A stretch of 32,000 bases of DNA from Kordiimonas lacus (GTDB lineage Bacteria > Pseudomonadota > Alphaproteobacteria > Sphingomonadales > Kordiimonadaceae), in NCBI RefSeq assembly GCF_001550055.1, contig NZ_LRUA01000006.1, forward strand, positions 62,597 through 94,596. Direction: 5' to 3'. Positions 25,092 to 32,000 of this stretch are shown here, in pieces. The translations under genes were made by a program, and so were the position numbers. Every line of letters begins with the position of its first letter. Positions within the stretch are counted from its first letter, which is position 1. The notes beneath the pieces are model-generated. The model was not told the origin of the DNA. It saw only the letters and a list, made by a program, of their open reading frames with translations, and made no database searches.

Positions 25092-25152
25092 GCGAAACAA
25101 GGCCGCTCCTGTGCGAATTCGCCAATCTCGCCCAAGGCAAGTTGGCGGTGGA
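25092..25152 (+). pseudogene. Direct repeat copy B, a displaced orphan 3'-terminal fragment of a carboxyltransferase gene
   Basis: It reads (G)ETRPLLCEFANLAQGKLAVEG-stop. It differs from copy A by two synonymous changes (gca/gcc, aac/aat) and conservative replacements (M/L, L/V). There is no gene body upstream of it. It starts 1 nt after the GNAT TAG stop and is in frame with it. Confidence 0.8.
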
Positions 25153-25160
25153 GGGGTAGA

Positions 25161-25712
25161 TTAGGTATTAGCGTTGAGCCACCGTTGGGCCTCAGAGAGG
25201 ATTTCCTGTTTGATGACTTCAGGAGGCCCAGGATCATAGGGGACTGGATGTTGCAGCGCTGCACGGGCGTGGCACATTTCATGTTCCAGATAGACAAACT
25301 CTCTCATGCCTAATTCCTCGCTGAAGTTGGAAGCTGGGCCTTTTTGTGGGCTGCCCAGCGAGAAATGGTGGCAAAGAAATTGGCAACCTACTTCTGGGTC
25401 AACTTCTTGATCTGCGATTTGTTGAATGATAACGCGGGCAGCCGTGAATGCGGCGTCATGCGGCGAGAACTCTTGAACCTGTAATTCTTTGACCGCCTGC
25501 TTAAAAAGCTCGTGGGCTTGGGCAGGCAAGGTTTCGGGCGTGTCGTCTAATGCATCAAGGCCTTGCGAGTAATGACCATTGATGAGCATGTGGTTTGCCC
25601 ATGCAATTAACTCGCTATTGTTTAGGATGCCCACCGCTTCCAGTGCTGCGGCTTCCCCAATGGTGGATATCTTGAGCTGAAAGCCTTGTCTCTGAATTAG
25701 AAAAGGGGGCAT
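25161..25712 (-). CDS. Hypothetical protein (183 aa, no signal peptide, no recognised domain), low-GC orphan
   Basis: Its ATG overlaps the stop of the upstream gene (TAATG), implying translational coupling. My 60-nt hand counts give 48, 62, 48, 50 and 50% GC, against my by-eye estimate of roughly 57-60% for neighbouring genes. I recognise no family. Confidence 0.55.
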   Translation of the reverse strand: MPPFLIQRQGFQLKISTIGEAAALEAVGILNNSELIAWANHMLINGHYSQGLDALDDTPETLPAQAHELFKQAVKELQVQEFSPHDAAFTAARVIIQQIADQEVDPEVGCQFLCHHFSLGSPQKGPASNFSEELGMREFVYLEHEMCHARAALQHPVPYDPGPPEVIKQEILSEAQRWLNANT

Positions 25713-26848
25713 TACCCAATCGCTTTCTCATACACGCGGTAGGTCTTGTAAATCTCGCAGCCGATCTCTTCGAGAATGCTGATCATCCCTTCGTTGTCCT
25801 CAAGAATCCAGCCAAGTTCGCCGAAATAGGCGCCGCGGTCCATCACGTTCTTTTGCGATACCTGGATCATCCACATGGCCATGGCGGCCCCGAGGGGGCC
25901 TTTCTGGAATTTCTTCCTGACACCCATCAGCGGCACGCGGCAGCGGTCTTCCTTGCCGTTCATCATGCGCCAGGCCACCTTGGCCCAGCCGAACGGCAGC
26001 AGCTTGCCGTCAAGGTCACGGATCTTGTGGTTCACGTCCGGGATGGTCAGCATGAAGGCGACGGGCTCGCCGTCATATTCGCAGATCATGGTGCGGTAAG
26101 GCTTCACCACCGGCTTCAGCGCCTTGGCGCCATGCTCCACCTCATGCTTGGTGAAGGGCACATAGCCCCAGTTTTCGGACCATGCCTCGTTATAGATATC
26201 CAGAACTGTGGCGACCTCTTCGTCGAAACGCTTCATGTCGACCTCGCGCATGGTGGTACGCTTGTTCTTTTCCGCCATCTTGACGATACGTTTGGCGCGC
26301 TCAGGCACCGGCATGTTCAGGTCCAGCCGGAAGGCATGCATGTCTTTGGCCTTGTCGAAGCCCTGGCCCTTCAGCCAGCCGTCATATTCGGGTCGGCCGT
26401 GGGGCATCATGAAGACAGGCGGCGTGTCGAAGCCCTTGATCAGCGTGCCAACCTCTTCAGCGGTATTGAGGGACCACGGCCCCTGCATGCGTTTCATGCC
26501 GCGGGCCTTGAGCCAACCTTCGGCGGTGCTCAACAGCTTGTCGGCCACGTCCTTCGTCGTGGCTTCAAAAAAGCCGAAGTGCCCCAGGTTCGGGCCCCAT
26601 TTTTCCTGCGCCAGTTCATCGATCTGGGCGGTGATACGGCCGACGGGCTTTCCGCCTTCGTACGCTACCCAGTGGGCGACTTCGGCATGCTCATAATAGG
26701 GGTTCTTGTCGCGGCGGATGGCGTCCATCCGCTCCATCATCAGGGGCTGGATCCAGTTGGGGTCATTCGCATACACCTGCCGGGTGGCGTTGACGAAGTC
26801 CTTCAGGCCCTTCACATCAGTGATTTCTTTGATGATGATGTCGCTCAC
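25712..26848 (-). CDS. Two-lobed GNAT-fold acyltransferase-like protein. The family is often annotated N-acetyltransferase, or probably wrongly as dATP pyrophosphohydrolase.
   Basis: A 378-aa protein with two GNAT-like halves: VAYEGGKPVGRITAQID...GHFGFFEA...LLSTAEGWLKARGMKRMQGP and VAFMLTIPD...VPLMGVRKKFQKGPLGAAMAMWMI... GTG start with GGGGAG 6 nt upstream. The antisense 337-aa ORF is R/H/G/A-rich shadow. Confidence 0.7.
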   Translation of the reverse strand: MSDIIIKEITDVKGLKDFVNATRQVYANDPNWIQPLMMERMDAIRRDKNPYYEHAEVAHWVAYEGGKPVGRITAQIDELAQEKWGPNLGHFGFFEATTKDVADKLLSTAEGWLKARGMKRMQGPWSLNTAEEVGTLIKGFDTPPVFMMPHGRPEYDGWLKGQGFDKAKDMHAFRLDLNMPVPERAKRIVKMAEKNKRTTMREVDMKRFDEEVATVLDIYNEAWSENWGYVPFTKHEVEHGAKALKPVVKPYRTMICEYDGEPVAFMLTIPDVNHKIRDLDGKLLPFGWAKVAWRMMNGKEDRCRVPLMGVRKKFQKGPLGAAMAMWMIQVSQKNVMDRGAYFGELGWILEDNEGMISILEEIGCEIYKTYRVYEKAIG

Positions 26849-26900
26849 GCGCTGCTCCCCGGGTAAATTCTTTGTTTAGTGACTTAAGGCAGCAAGGCCG

Positions 26901-27242
26901 TCAAAGCAAGCGGGTGCCGTTCGGCACGGGCTTCGAGGGCGTTATCAGCACGGTGCGGCCACTGTCTTCCATGGTTGCCAGCGTCAGCACCTCTGACTTC
27001 ACGCCCGCGACGCGCTTTGATGGGAAGTTGGTGACAGCCAGCACCTGCATGCCCACAAGGTCTTCCTTGGTGTGTTCTTCGGTGATCTGGGCGGACGTTG
27101 TCTTGACGCCGAAGTCCGGGCCGAAGTCTACCTCCAGCACATAGGCGGGGTTGCGCGCCTTTTCATTATCGCGCGCGCTCAGGATCGTGCCGGCGCGGAT
27201 ATCTACCTTGAGGAAGTCGTCAAATGAGATTTCGTCAGCCAT
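26901..27242 (-). CDS. csaA: tRNA-binding domain protein (CsaA / YgjH, EMAP-II-like OB fold)
   Basis: FLKVDIRAGTILSARDNEKARNPAYVLEVDFG...GVKTTSAQIT...LVGMQVLAVTNFPSKRVAGVKSEVL is the canonical CsaA/tRNA-binding domain pattern. The protein is 113 aa. Confidence 0.85.
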   Translation of the reverse strand: MADEISFDDFLKVDIRAGTILSARDNEKARNPAYVLEVDFGPDFGVKTTSAQITEEHTKEDLVGMQVLAVTNFPSKRVAGVKSEVLTLATMEDSGRTVLITPSKPVPNGTRLL

Positions 27243-27243
27243 G

Positions 27244-28821
27244 TCAGGGTGCCAGTTTCTTCAGGGGTTTCAGTTTGCCGATGCGGCCCAGTGCGTTGGC
27301 GTCCTCGTGATTGAGGCCATAGCGCACCAATATCATCACGGAGATCAGCAGCCCGGCGACGGCGCCGAGGATGCCCACCGGCACCGGCCAGTGATTGCTG
27401 GCGGGAATGAGCGACAGCATGATGCCGCTGGTGACAAGCGAGACGATCAGCGGGCGGAGGGCGTGGCGGTCATAGGGCCACAGCCGGAAAATGAAAAAGG
27501 TTTCAATCAGCCCCGCGATGGCCGTGACATTGAGGCCGGCGGCCGCCGCAACGGCAGCGCCCGTGACACCATAAAGCGGGATCAGCCAGTTGCCCAGAAG
27601 CAGCAGGGTAATAAGCCCCAGCACGCCATTGATGGCCGGCAGCGACCGGTGTCCCAGCATTTCAATGATGGCGCTCGAAGGGCCGGTCGCGGCCTCAAGC
27701 ACGCGGCCCGCGCACAGGATGGACATGGCCGCCGCCGCCGTCTGGAACTGGGGCTGCATGGTGGCCAGGATATCGTTGCGCGCCAGCACGAGCGCCGCGC
27801 CGAACGGCAGCGCCAGCGTGACAGACAGGCGGGTGGCATAGGCGAACATGTCCTGCAGCGCCACATGGTCGCCGTGGCCGTCCTTTTCCGCAGCCAGCGG
27901 CGCCATGACATACTCAAATGTCATGCGCACAGCCTGCAGGGCGCTGGCGATCTTGCGGGCAACAGCATAATAGCCGCCTGCCGCCGCACCTGCCGCACCG
28001 GGTAGCAGATAGTTCAGGAACATCACCGGGAATTCGCTGAACAGTTTCTTGATCAGGTTCGCAGGCATGACGGTGAAGCCATATTGGCGCATGGCCCTGG
28101 GCATCGGGCCTGTCATCGGGGCGCGCAGAACCTTGCCGAAATCATAGTGTTTGGCGACAAGGCGAAGGGCGAGGGCCGCTGAAAGCACCACGCTGACAAG
28201 GTGGGCAATGAAAAGCCCGTAGGTCATATAGTCCATCGCCGCAAAGCCGATGGCGGCCACCAGGCGCAGGCCCTGTTCGTAGAACACGCGGACGCGGATT
28301 TCCGGGCCGAATTTCCGGCGGGCGCGGATGGCGGCGGTGCCCACTTCAACCATGGTCCAGAACGGCAGCACCCAGACATAGATGCGGATCACACTGATCA
28401 GGTGGTCGGCATCATCTTCGGCGGCGCTGATGACGCCTGCCAGGTTTGGCGCGAAATAGCAGGTCAGGCCAGCAATGGTGATGGCGATCAGGAAACTGAA
28501 TTTTATGGCGTATCCGACGGCCAGTTCCGGATCATTGCCATTGGCTTTGGGGACAAAGCGCTGCAGCGCTGTGGTCATGGCGGCGTCCGAAACGGCGGTA
28601 GAAACCTTCACATAGGACCACAAGACCGCAAACAGGCCAAAGGTCGCCGCACCATAGTACCAGGTGAAGGCGATAACGGAGATGGCTTCAATCAGCGCAC
28701 CCATGCGGCCAAGGAAGGCAAAGCCCGCACCGCCAGCGACCCGCGCGCGGTGCTCGTTTCGCTCAGGACGTTCCGGCCGCTCTGGCTTTTCCGGGCGGGA
28801 AGGGGGCTTGGTCTTGTCCAT
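27244..28821 (-). CDS. MOP-superfamily oligosaccharide/polysaccharide flippase (Wzx-like polysaccharide biosynthesis protein)
   Basis: A polytopic protein of about 12-14 TM segments with a Wzx-like rather than MurJ-like N-terminal pattern. It has a hydrophilic N-terminal extension containing PEKPERPERPERNEH. The start is ATG 28821 (1 nt after the lptG stop) or GTG 28830 (8-nt overlap). Its stop lies 1 nt from the csaA start. Confidence 0.75.
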   Translation of the reverse strand: MDKTKPPSRPEKPERPERPERNEHRARVAGGAGFAFLGRMGALIEAISVIAFTWYYGAATFGLFAVLWSYVKVSTAVSDAAMTTALQRFVPKANGNDPELAVGYAIKFSFLIAITIAGLTCYFAPNLAGVISAAEDDADHLISVIRIYVWVLPFWTMVEVGTAAIRARRKFGPEIRVRVFYEQGLRLVAAIGFAAMDYMTYGLFIAHLVSVVLSAALALRLVAKHYDFGKVLRAPMTGPMPRAMRQYGFTVMPANLIKKLFSEFPVMFLNYLLPGAAGAAAGGYYAVARKIASALQAVRMTFEYVMAPLAAEKDGHGDHVALQDMFAYATRLSVTLALPFGAALVLARNDILATMQPQFQTAAAAMSILCAGRVLEAATGPSSAIIEMLGHRSLPAINGVLGLITLLLLGNWLIPLYGVTGAAVAAAAGLNVTAIAGLIETFFIFRLWPYDRHALRPLIVSLVTSGIMLSLIPASNHWPVPVGILGAVAGLLISVMILVRYGLNHEDANALGRIGKLKPLKKLAP

Positions 28822-28822
28822 G

Positions 28823-29995
28823 TCACTCACCGGCTATGGGCTTTTCTTGGAGTACCTTGCGTTTCTTGGGTAAGCTTCCTTCTTCCGAATTGAAAATTAC
28901 GGCATAGCCGACCACCAGGAACAGGAAGAAGGGCGCCCAGGCGGCAAGGAATGGCGGCGCCACGCCAAATTCGCCCATGGCCAGCATGAAATTGTCAGCG
29001 ACAAAGAAGCTGAAACCAAGCGCCATGCCGAAGACGACCCGCAGCACCAGATTGCCCGCCCGGTGCACACCGAAGGCCGCCACAGCCGCCAGAAGCGGCA
29101 TCAGAAGGGATGAGGCCGGGCCCGCCACCTTCTGCAGGAAGCTGGCCATCAGCCGGTCTGTGGGCAGGCCGTCTTTCTTCAGTTCCTGCATCGATTGCCA
29201 AAGCTTGGGGAAGGACACATGGTCAGGCTTCACCGTCAGCGCCTGGAAGCGTTCAGGCCGGGTCTCCAGCTCCCAGGGCTGGCTGGGCTGGATGGTCATC
29301 TCGTGGGTGCCTGCATCGAAACGGCGCACCTCGTGAAGGGTCCAACGACCATCCTGGTACCAGGCGAAGTCGGCGTGGACCATGGCCTGAAGCTTGCCGC
29401 GCTCATCGCGTTCAAACAGGGACACCTTATCCAGTACCACCTTGTTGCGGATCTGGCTGACAGCTTCCACCAGGACGATGGTCTTGTTTTCCTTGATCCA
29501 CACACGACCAGTTGGGCCGGCGCTCGGCGGCAGGTCGACCGCATAGTCATTGTCCTGCCAATACTCGAGGTCGGCGTTCGCATTCACCACGACGGTTTCA
29601 TTGAACAGGAAATGGCTGGCAGCGATGATGAAGGAGGCGATCCCGAGCGGCAGCAGGATACGGTGCGCCGAAAGCCCGCTGGCTTTCATCACCACCACTT
29701 CTGAATGCTGGTTGAGGGTCGCGAGTGTCAACAGTGTGGCGAGAAGGGCGGTGAAGGGGACGAACTGGCTGATCAGTTGCGGGGCCCGCATGCTGATATA
29801 GGACGCCAGCGAGACCCAGTTGGCACCTTCGGCTGCCATGATGTCATCGGCGGTGGCCAGCAGGTCCAGCATCTGCAACACGGCCGTAAGGCCAATCAGG
29901 ATGCCGAAGAAGCGGCCAAGGTGCATCTTCACCATATAGCGCGCCAGCGTGCGCGAGGGCACAAACAGGCGGCGGAGTGTACGGGAGGTAAACAT
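28823..29995 (-). CDS. lptG: LPS export ABC transporter permease LptG
   Basis: YjgP/YjgQ family: ...SRTLARYMVKMHLGRFFGILIGLTAVL..., a large periplasmic beta-jellyroll insert and 6 TM segments. It is the second gene of the pair, and its ATG overlaps the lptF TGA (TGATG). Confidence 0.85.
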   Translation of the reverse strand: MFTSRTLRRLFVPSRTLARYMVKMHLGRFFGILIGLTAVLQMLDLLATADDIMAAEGANWVSLASYISMRAPQLISQFVPFTALLATLLTLATLNQHSEVVVMKASGLSAHRILLPLGIASFIIAASHFLFNETVVVNANADLEYWQDNDYAVDLPPSAGPTGRVWIKENKTIVLVEAVSQIRNKVVLDKVSLFERDERGKLQAMVHADFAWYQDGRWTLHEVRRFDAGTHEMTIQPSQPWELETRPERFQALTVKPDHVSFPKLWQSMQELKKDGLPTDRLMASFLQKVAGPASSLLMPLLAAVAAFGVHRAGNLVLRVVFGMALGFSFFVADNFMLAMGEFGVAPPFLAAWAPFFLFLVVGYAVIFNSEEGSLPKKRKVLQEKPIAGE

Positions 29996-31185
29996 CAGTC
30001 GCTAACCCCCATGACTTTCTTCGACAGGCGCTTGATCGGCCCGCTGATGAAGGCCCAGCTCTTGTCGATCCAGGCGAGCGGTTCACCGCCGACCTTGTGG
30101 GCCGCGATGTGGAACAGGGTGAAGCTGAGAAGACCGAAAGCCACGAACAGCAACCATATCGTGCCGTATGGTGAGGCGCCGCTTTGGACAGCGGTCTCCA
30201 TGGCTTCCATAAATTCGTTATAGAGAATGAGGAGCGTCAGCCCCACGACGATACCGGTGCCCTTACCCGTCCGTTTGTTGGTCAGCCCCAGCGGTATCGC
30301 CAGGAATGGCAGGATCAGGAAGGTGATGGAATGCATTACGCGCCAGTGGAAATTACCATTGAAGGCTGCGCGTTCCTTGGCGTCCAGAACCGGATTGTCC
30401 TTCTCCACCCAGAGTTCAGGCAGGGTCATCTCCAGCTCTTCGCCGCCGCGTTCACGGAAGGCCTCCTTGGCGGGCAGTTTCACCGTCAGGTCCTGTTGGT
30501 CAAATTTGAGGACACGGGGCTTGTTCTGGCCTTCATTAAGGTCAATCAGCACGCCATTGAAAAGCCGTAGCAGGATGGTGTTTTCATCGTCAGTGGCGAA
30601 GAAGCCACCACGTTCCGCGCTGACGGCCAGGCTGCGCCCGTCGCTGCGGCGTTCCATGAAGATGCCCAGAAGTTCGGCGCCCTGATCGCGGGACTCTTCA
30701 ATCATCAGGGTGATGTTGTCGCCGATATCGACAAATTCGCCGACCCGGATGCTGGCGCCCAGCGCCCCGCTCCTGAGATCGAAGACGAGACTGCGGTAGG
30801 CGTAGCGGCCATAGGGCTGCACCCAACCAACCAGGATGGTGTTTACCAACACGAGCACCAGCGATAGCGCCAGCACAGGCCGCACCAGGCGGTTCAGGCC
30901 GATACCCGACGACGTGATCGCGTCATATTCACTGGAAAGTGAAATTTTCCGGAAGGCAAGCAGGGTCCCCAGCATCAGGCCGATCGGCAGCGCCAGGCCC
31001 ATATAATGCGGCACCTGGTTGGCCAGCATCTGGAACACCACTTCCACCGGGCCACCCTGGTTCACGACAAAGTCAAAAAGCCGTAGCATCCGTTCAAGAA
31101 TCAGCAACAATGCTGCGATGCCAAGGGTCGTGAATAACGGTCCCAATATCTGCGTGAGAATATATCGGTCGATGCGAGTAAACAT
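29995..31185 (-). CDS. lptF: LPS export ABC transporter permease LptF
   Basis: YjgP/YjgQ family: MFTRIDRYILTQILGPLFTTLGIAALLLILERMLRLFDFV is typical of the LptF N-terminus. It is the first gene of the lptFG pair. Confidence 0.85.
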   Translation of the reverse strand: MFTRIDRYILTQILGPLFTTLGIAALLLILERMLRLFDFVVNQGGPVEVVFQMLANQVPHYMGLALPIGLMLGTLLAFRKISLSSEYDAITSSGIGLNRLVRPVLALSLVLVLVNTILVGWVQPYGRYAYRSLVFDLRSGALGASIRVGEFVDIGDNITLMIEESRDQGAELLGIFMERRSDGRSLAVSAERGGFFATDDENTILLRLFNGVLIDLNEGQNKPRVLKFDQQDLTVKLPAKEAFRERGGEELEMTLPELWVEKDNPVLDAKERAAFNGNFHWRVMHSITFLILPFLAIPLGLTNKRTGKGTGIVVGLTLLILYNEFMEAMETAVQSGASPYGTIWLLFVAFGLLSFTLFHIAAHKVGGEPLAWIDKSWAFISGPIKRLSKKVMGVSD

Positions 31186-31355
31186 GCTTTGGCGCTACAC
31201 CCCTATGAGCCTTGTTGCAAGAGCCTTTTCTCCTTTGAGCGGGGAAAGAAGGCAAAAGCTTGTTGAGTTATACCCAATTTGTCGTCATATGGGACATATT
31301 TTCGCCACCATCGACCGCCATTTGCAAACTAAGGCGGGGGCACCTGGAGAAGTTT

Positions 31356-31913
31356 ATGTTGATAAAATCGACGAGTGTTTTGAGTAAGGTGGCGGTTGTG
31401 GGCCTGATGATGGGCTTTTGGGGAGTATCAGCCCATGCCGATGTCGACGATGATGCGGTGCTGGTAGACCATGATATGGGCCTGTGTGCAGCCCCGGAGG
31501 GCGGTAAGTCTTTCGTGCGGGTATCGGTCGAGGGCCTGAAGGACCTCGAAGGCAACATCCGCGTGCAGGTTTATGGCCCCACTGAGGAAGACTTCCTTGA
31601 GAAGGGCAAGAAGCTGGTGCGGATTGACGTGAAAACGGAATCTGACGGCCAGGAGATCTGCGTGCCGATGCCAGGCCTGGGCGATTTTACCCTGGTGGTG
31701 ATGCACGACCGGAATGCCAACGGCAAGGCGGACTTCTTCACGGAAGGGTTCGGATTTTCCAATAACCCCAAGCTGGGCCTTGGCAAGCCGGATGTCGAAG
31801 ACGTGGTCTTCACCGCGACAGAAGGCGTTACGGATATGCCGGTGAACCTGAAATATATTTTCGGTGCCGACGAGGAACAGAAAAAGAAGCGTCGCCAACT
31901 GCGTCGGCGCTAG
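31356..31913 (+). CDS. DUF2141-domain secreted protein
   Basis: Signal peptide MLIKSTSVLSKVAVVGLMMGFWGVSAHA. The motif VVMHDRNANGKADFFTEGFGFSNNP is characteristic of DUF2141. I prefer ATG 31356 (GGAGA 5 nt upstream) over the ORF-track start at 31260. The C-terminal tail is highly basic (KKKRRQLRRR). Confidence 0.75.
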   Translation: MLIKSTSVLSKVAVVGLMMGFWGVSAHADVDDDAVLVDHDMGLCAAPEGGKSFVRVSVEGLKDLEGNIRVQVYGPTEEDFLEKGKKLVRIDVKTESDGQEICVPMPGLGDFTLVVMHDRNANGKADFFTEGFGFSNNPKLGLGKPDVEDVVFTATEGVTDMPVNLKYIFGADEEQKKKRRQLRRR

Positions 31914-31920
31914 GTTCTAG

Positions 31921-31937
31921 TGCGGCGTTAGGCCGCA
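31921..31937 (+). terminator. Weak hairpin after the DUF2141 gene
   Basis: TGCGGC-gttag-GCCGCA forms a 6-bp stem with no U-run. Confidence 0.25.
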
Positions 31938-32000
31938 ACAATCCTCATGGCATTTGCGCCTACAGCATTTGCGTCTTGAGCCTTTTCAAGGTATGAAGGC

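Noticed and set aside
25853-26866. 337-aa plus-strand ORF antisense to the double-GNAT-like gene
   Set aside because: Its H/G/R/A-rich sequence (HPHGHGGPEG...) has no features. The minus-frame protein has a balanced composition, GNAT motifs and a good SD.
27151-28005. 284-aa plus-strand ORF, plus 28201-28893, antisense to the flippase gene
   Set aside because: Both are extremely R/G/D/Q-rich shadow frames. The minus frame encodes a coherent polytopic membrane protein.
1-32000. Search for tRNA/rRNA genes, CRISPR arrays, IS elements, integrases, phage genes or known defence systems
   Set aside because: I saw no regularly spaced repeats, no tRNA-like T-arm/anticodon structures, and no transposase, integrase or nuclease-NTPase defence-type ORFs. 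All large ORFs are accounted for by housekeeping functions.

Overview
This window looks like chromosomal backbone from a flagellated alphaproteobacterium (my estimate by eye is about 57-60% GC), not an accessory island. Supporting evidence is the conserved divergent recG / sdhE-mfd arrangement, a sigma-54-type promoter in front of flgK, a DUF2336 gene and an lptF-lptG operon. Left to right: an EAL-domain c-di-GMP protein (possibly cut by the window edge), flgK-flgL, a flavin reductase, and a DUF2336 + soluble PAS histidine-kinase pair. Then follow an S10 serine carboxypeptidase, nadK, moaA, a 106-aa acidic orphan and a DsbA/FrnE-like oxidoreductase. Two paralogous small beta-barrel OMP genes flank nhaA. 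After them come mfd, sdhE, recG, an acyl-CoA carboxyltransferase and a small GNAT gene. The right end holds a low-GC hypothetical coupled to a two-lobed GNAT-like protein, csaA, a MOP-family flippase, lptG, lptF and a DUF2141 protein. I found no tRNA, rRNA, CRISPR array, transposase, integrase or recognisable defence system, and I cannot claim a clear novel multi-gene system. Four things stand out. (1) Two paralogous ~30-codon hydrophobic micro-ORFs sit in the 840-bp gap upstream of nhaA and show a strong synonymous-substitution signature. (2) A 604-bp GNAT cassette is bracketed by an imperfect 61-bp duplication of the carboxyltransferase 3' coding end. (3) A 106-aa protein has termini resembling flagellar axial (rod/FliE) protein termini, 8 kb away from flgKL. 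(4) A low-GC orphan gene is translationally coupled to the double-GNAT-like gene. Several phased or palindromic intergenic motifs are also listed. Many long antisense ORFs in the track are GC-driven shadow frames and were rejected.
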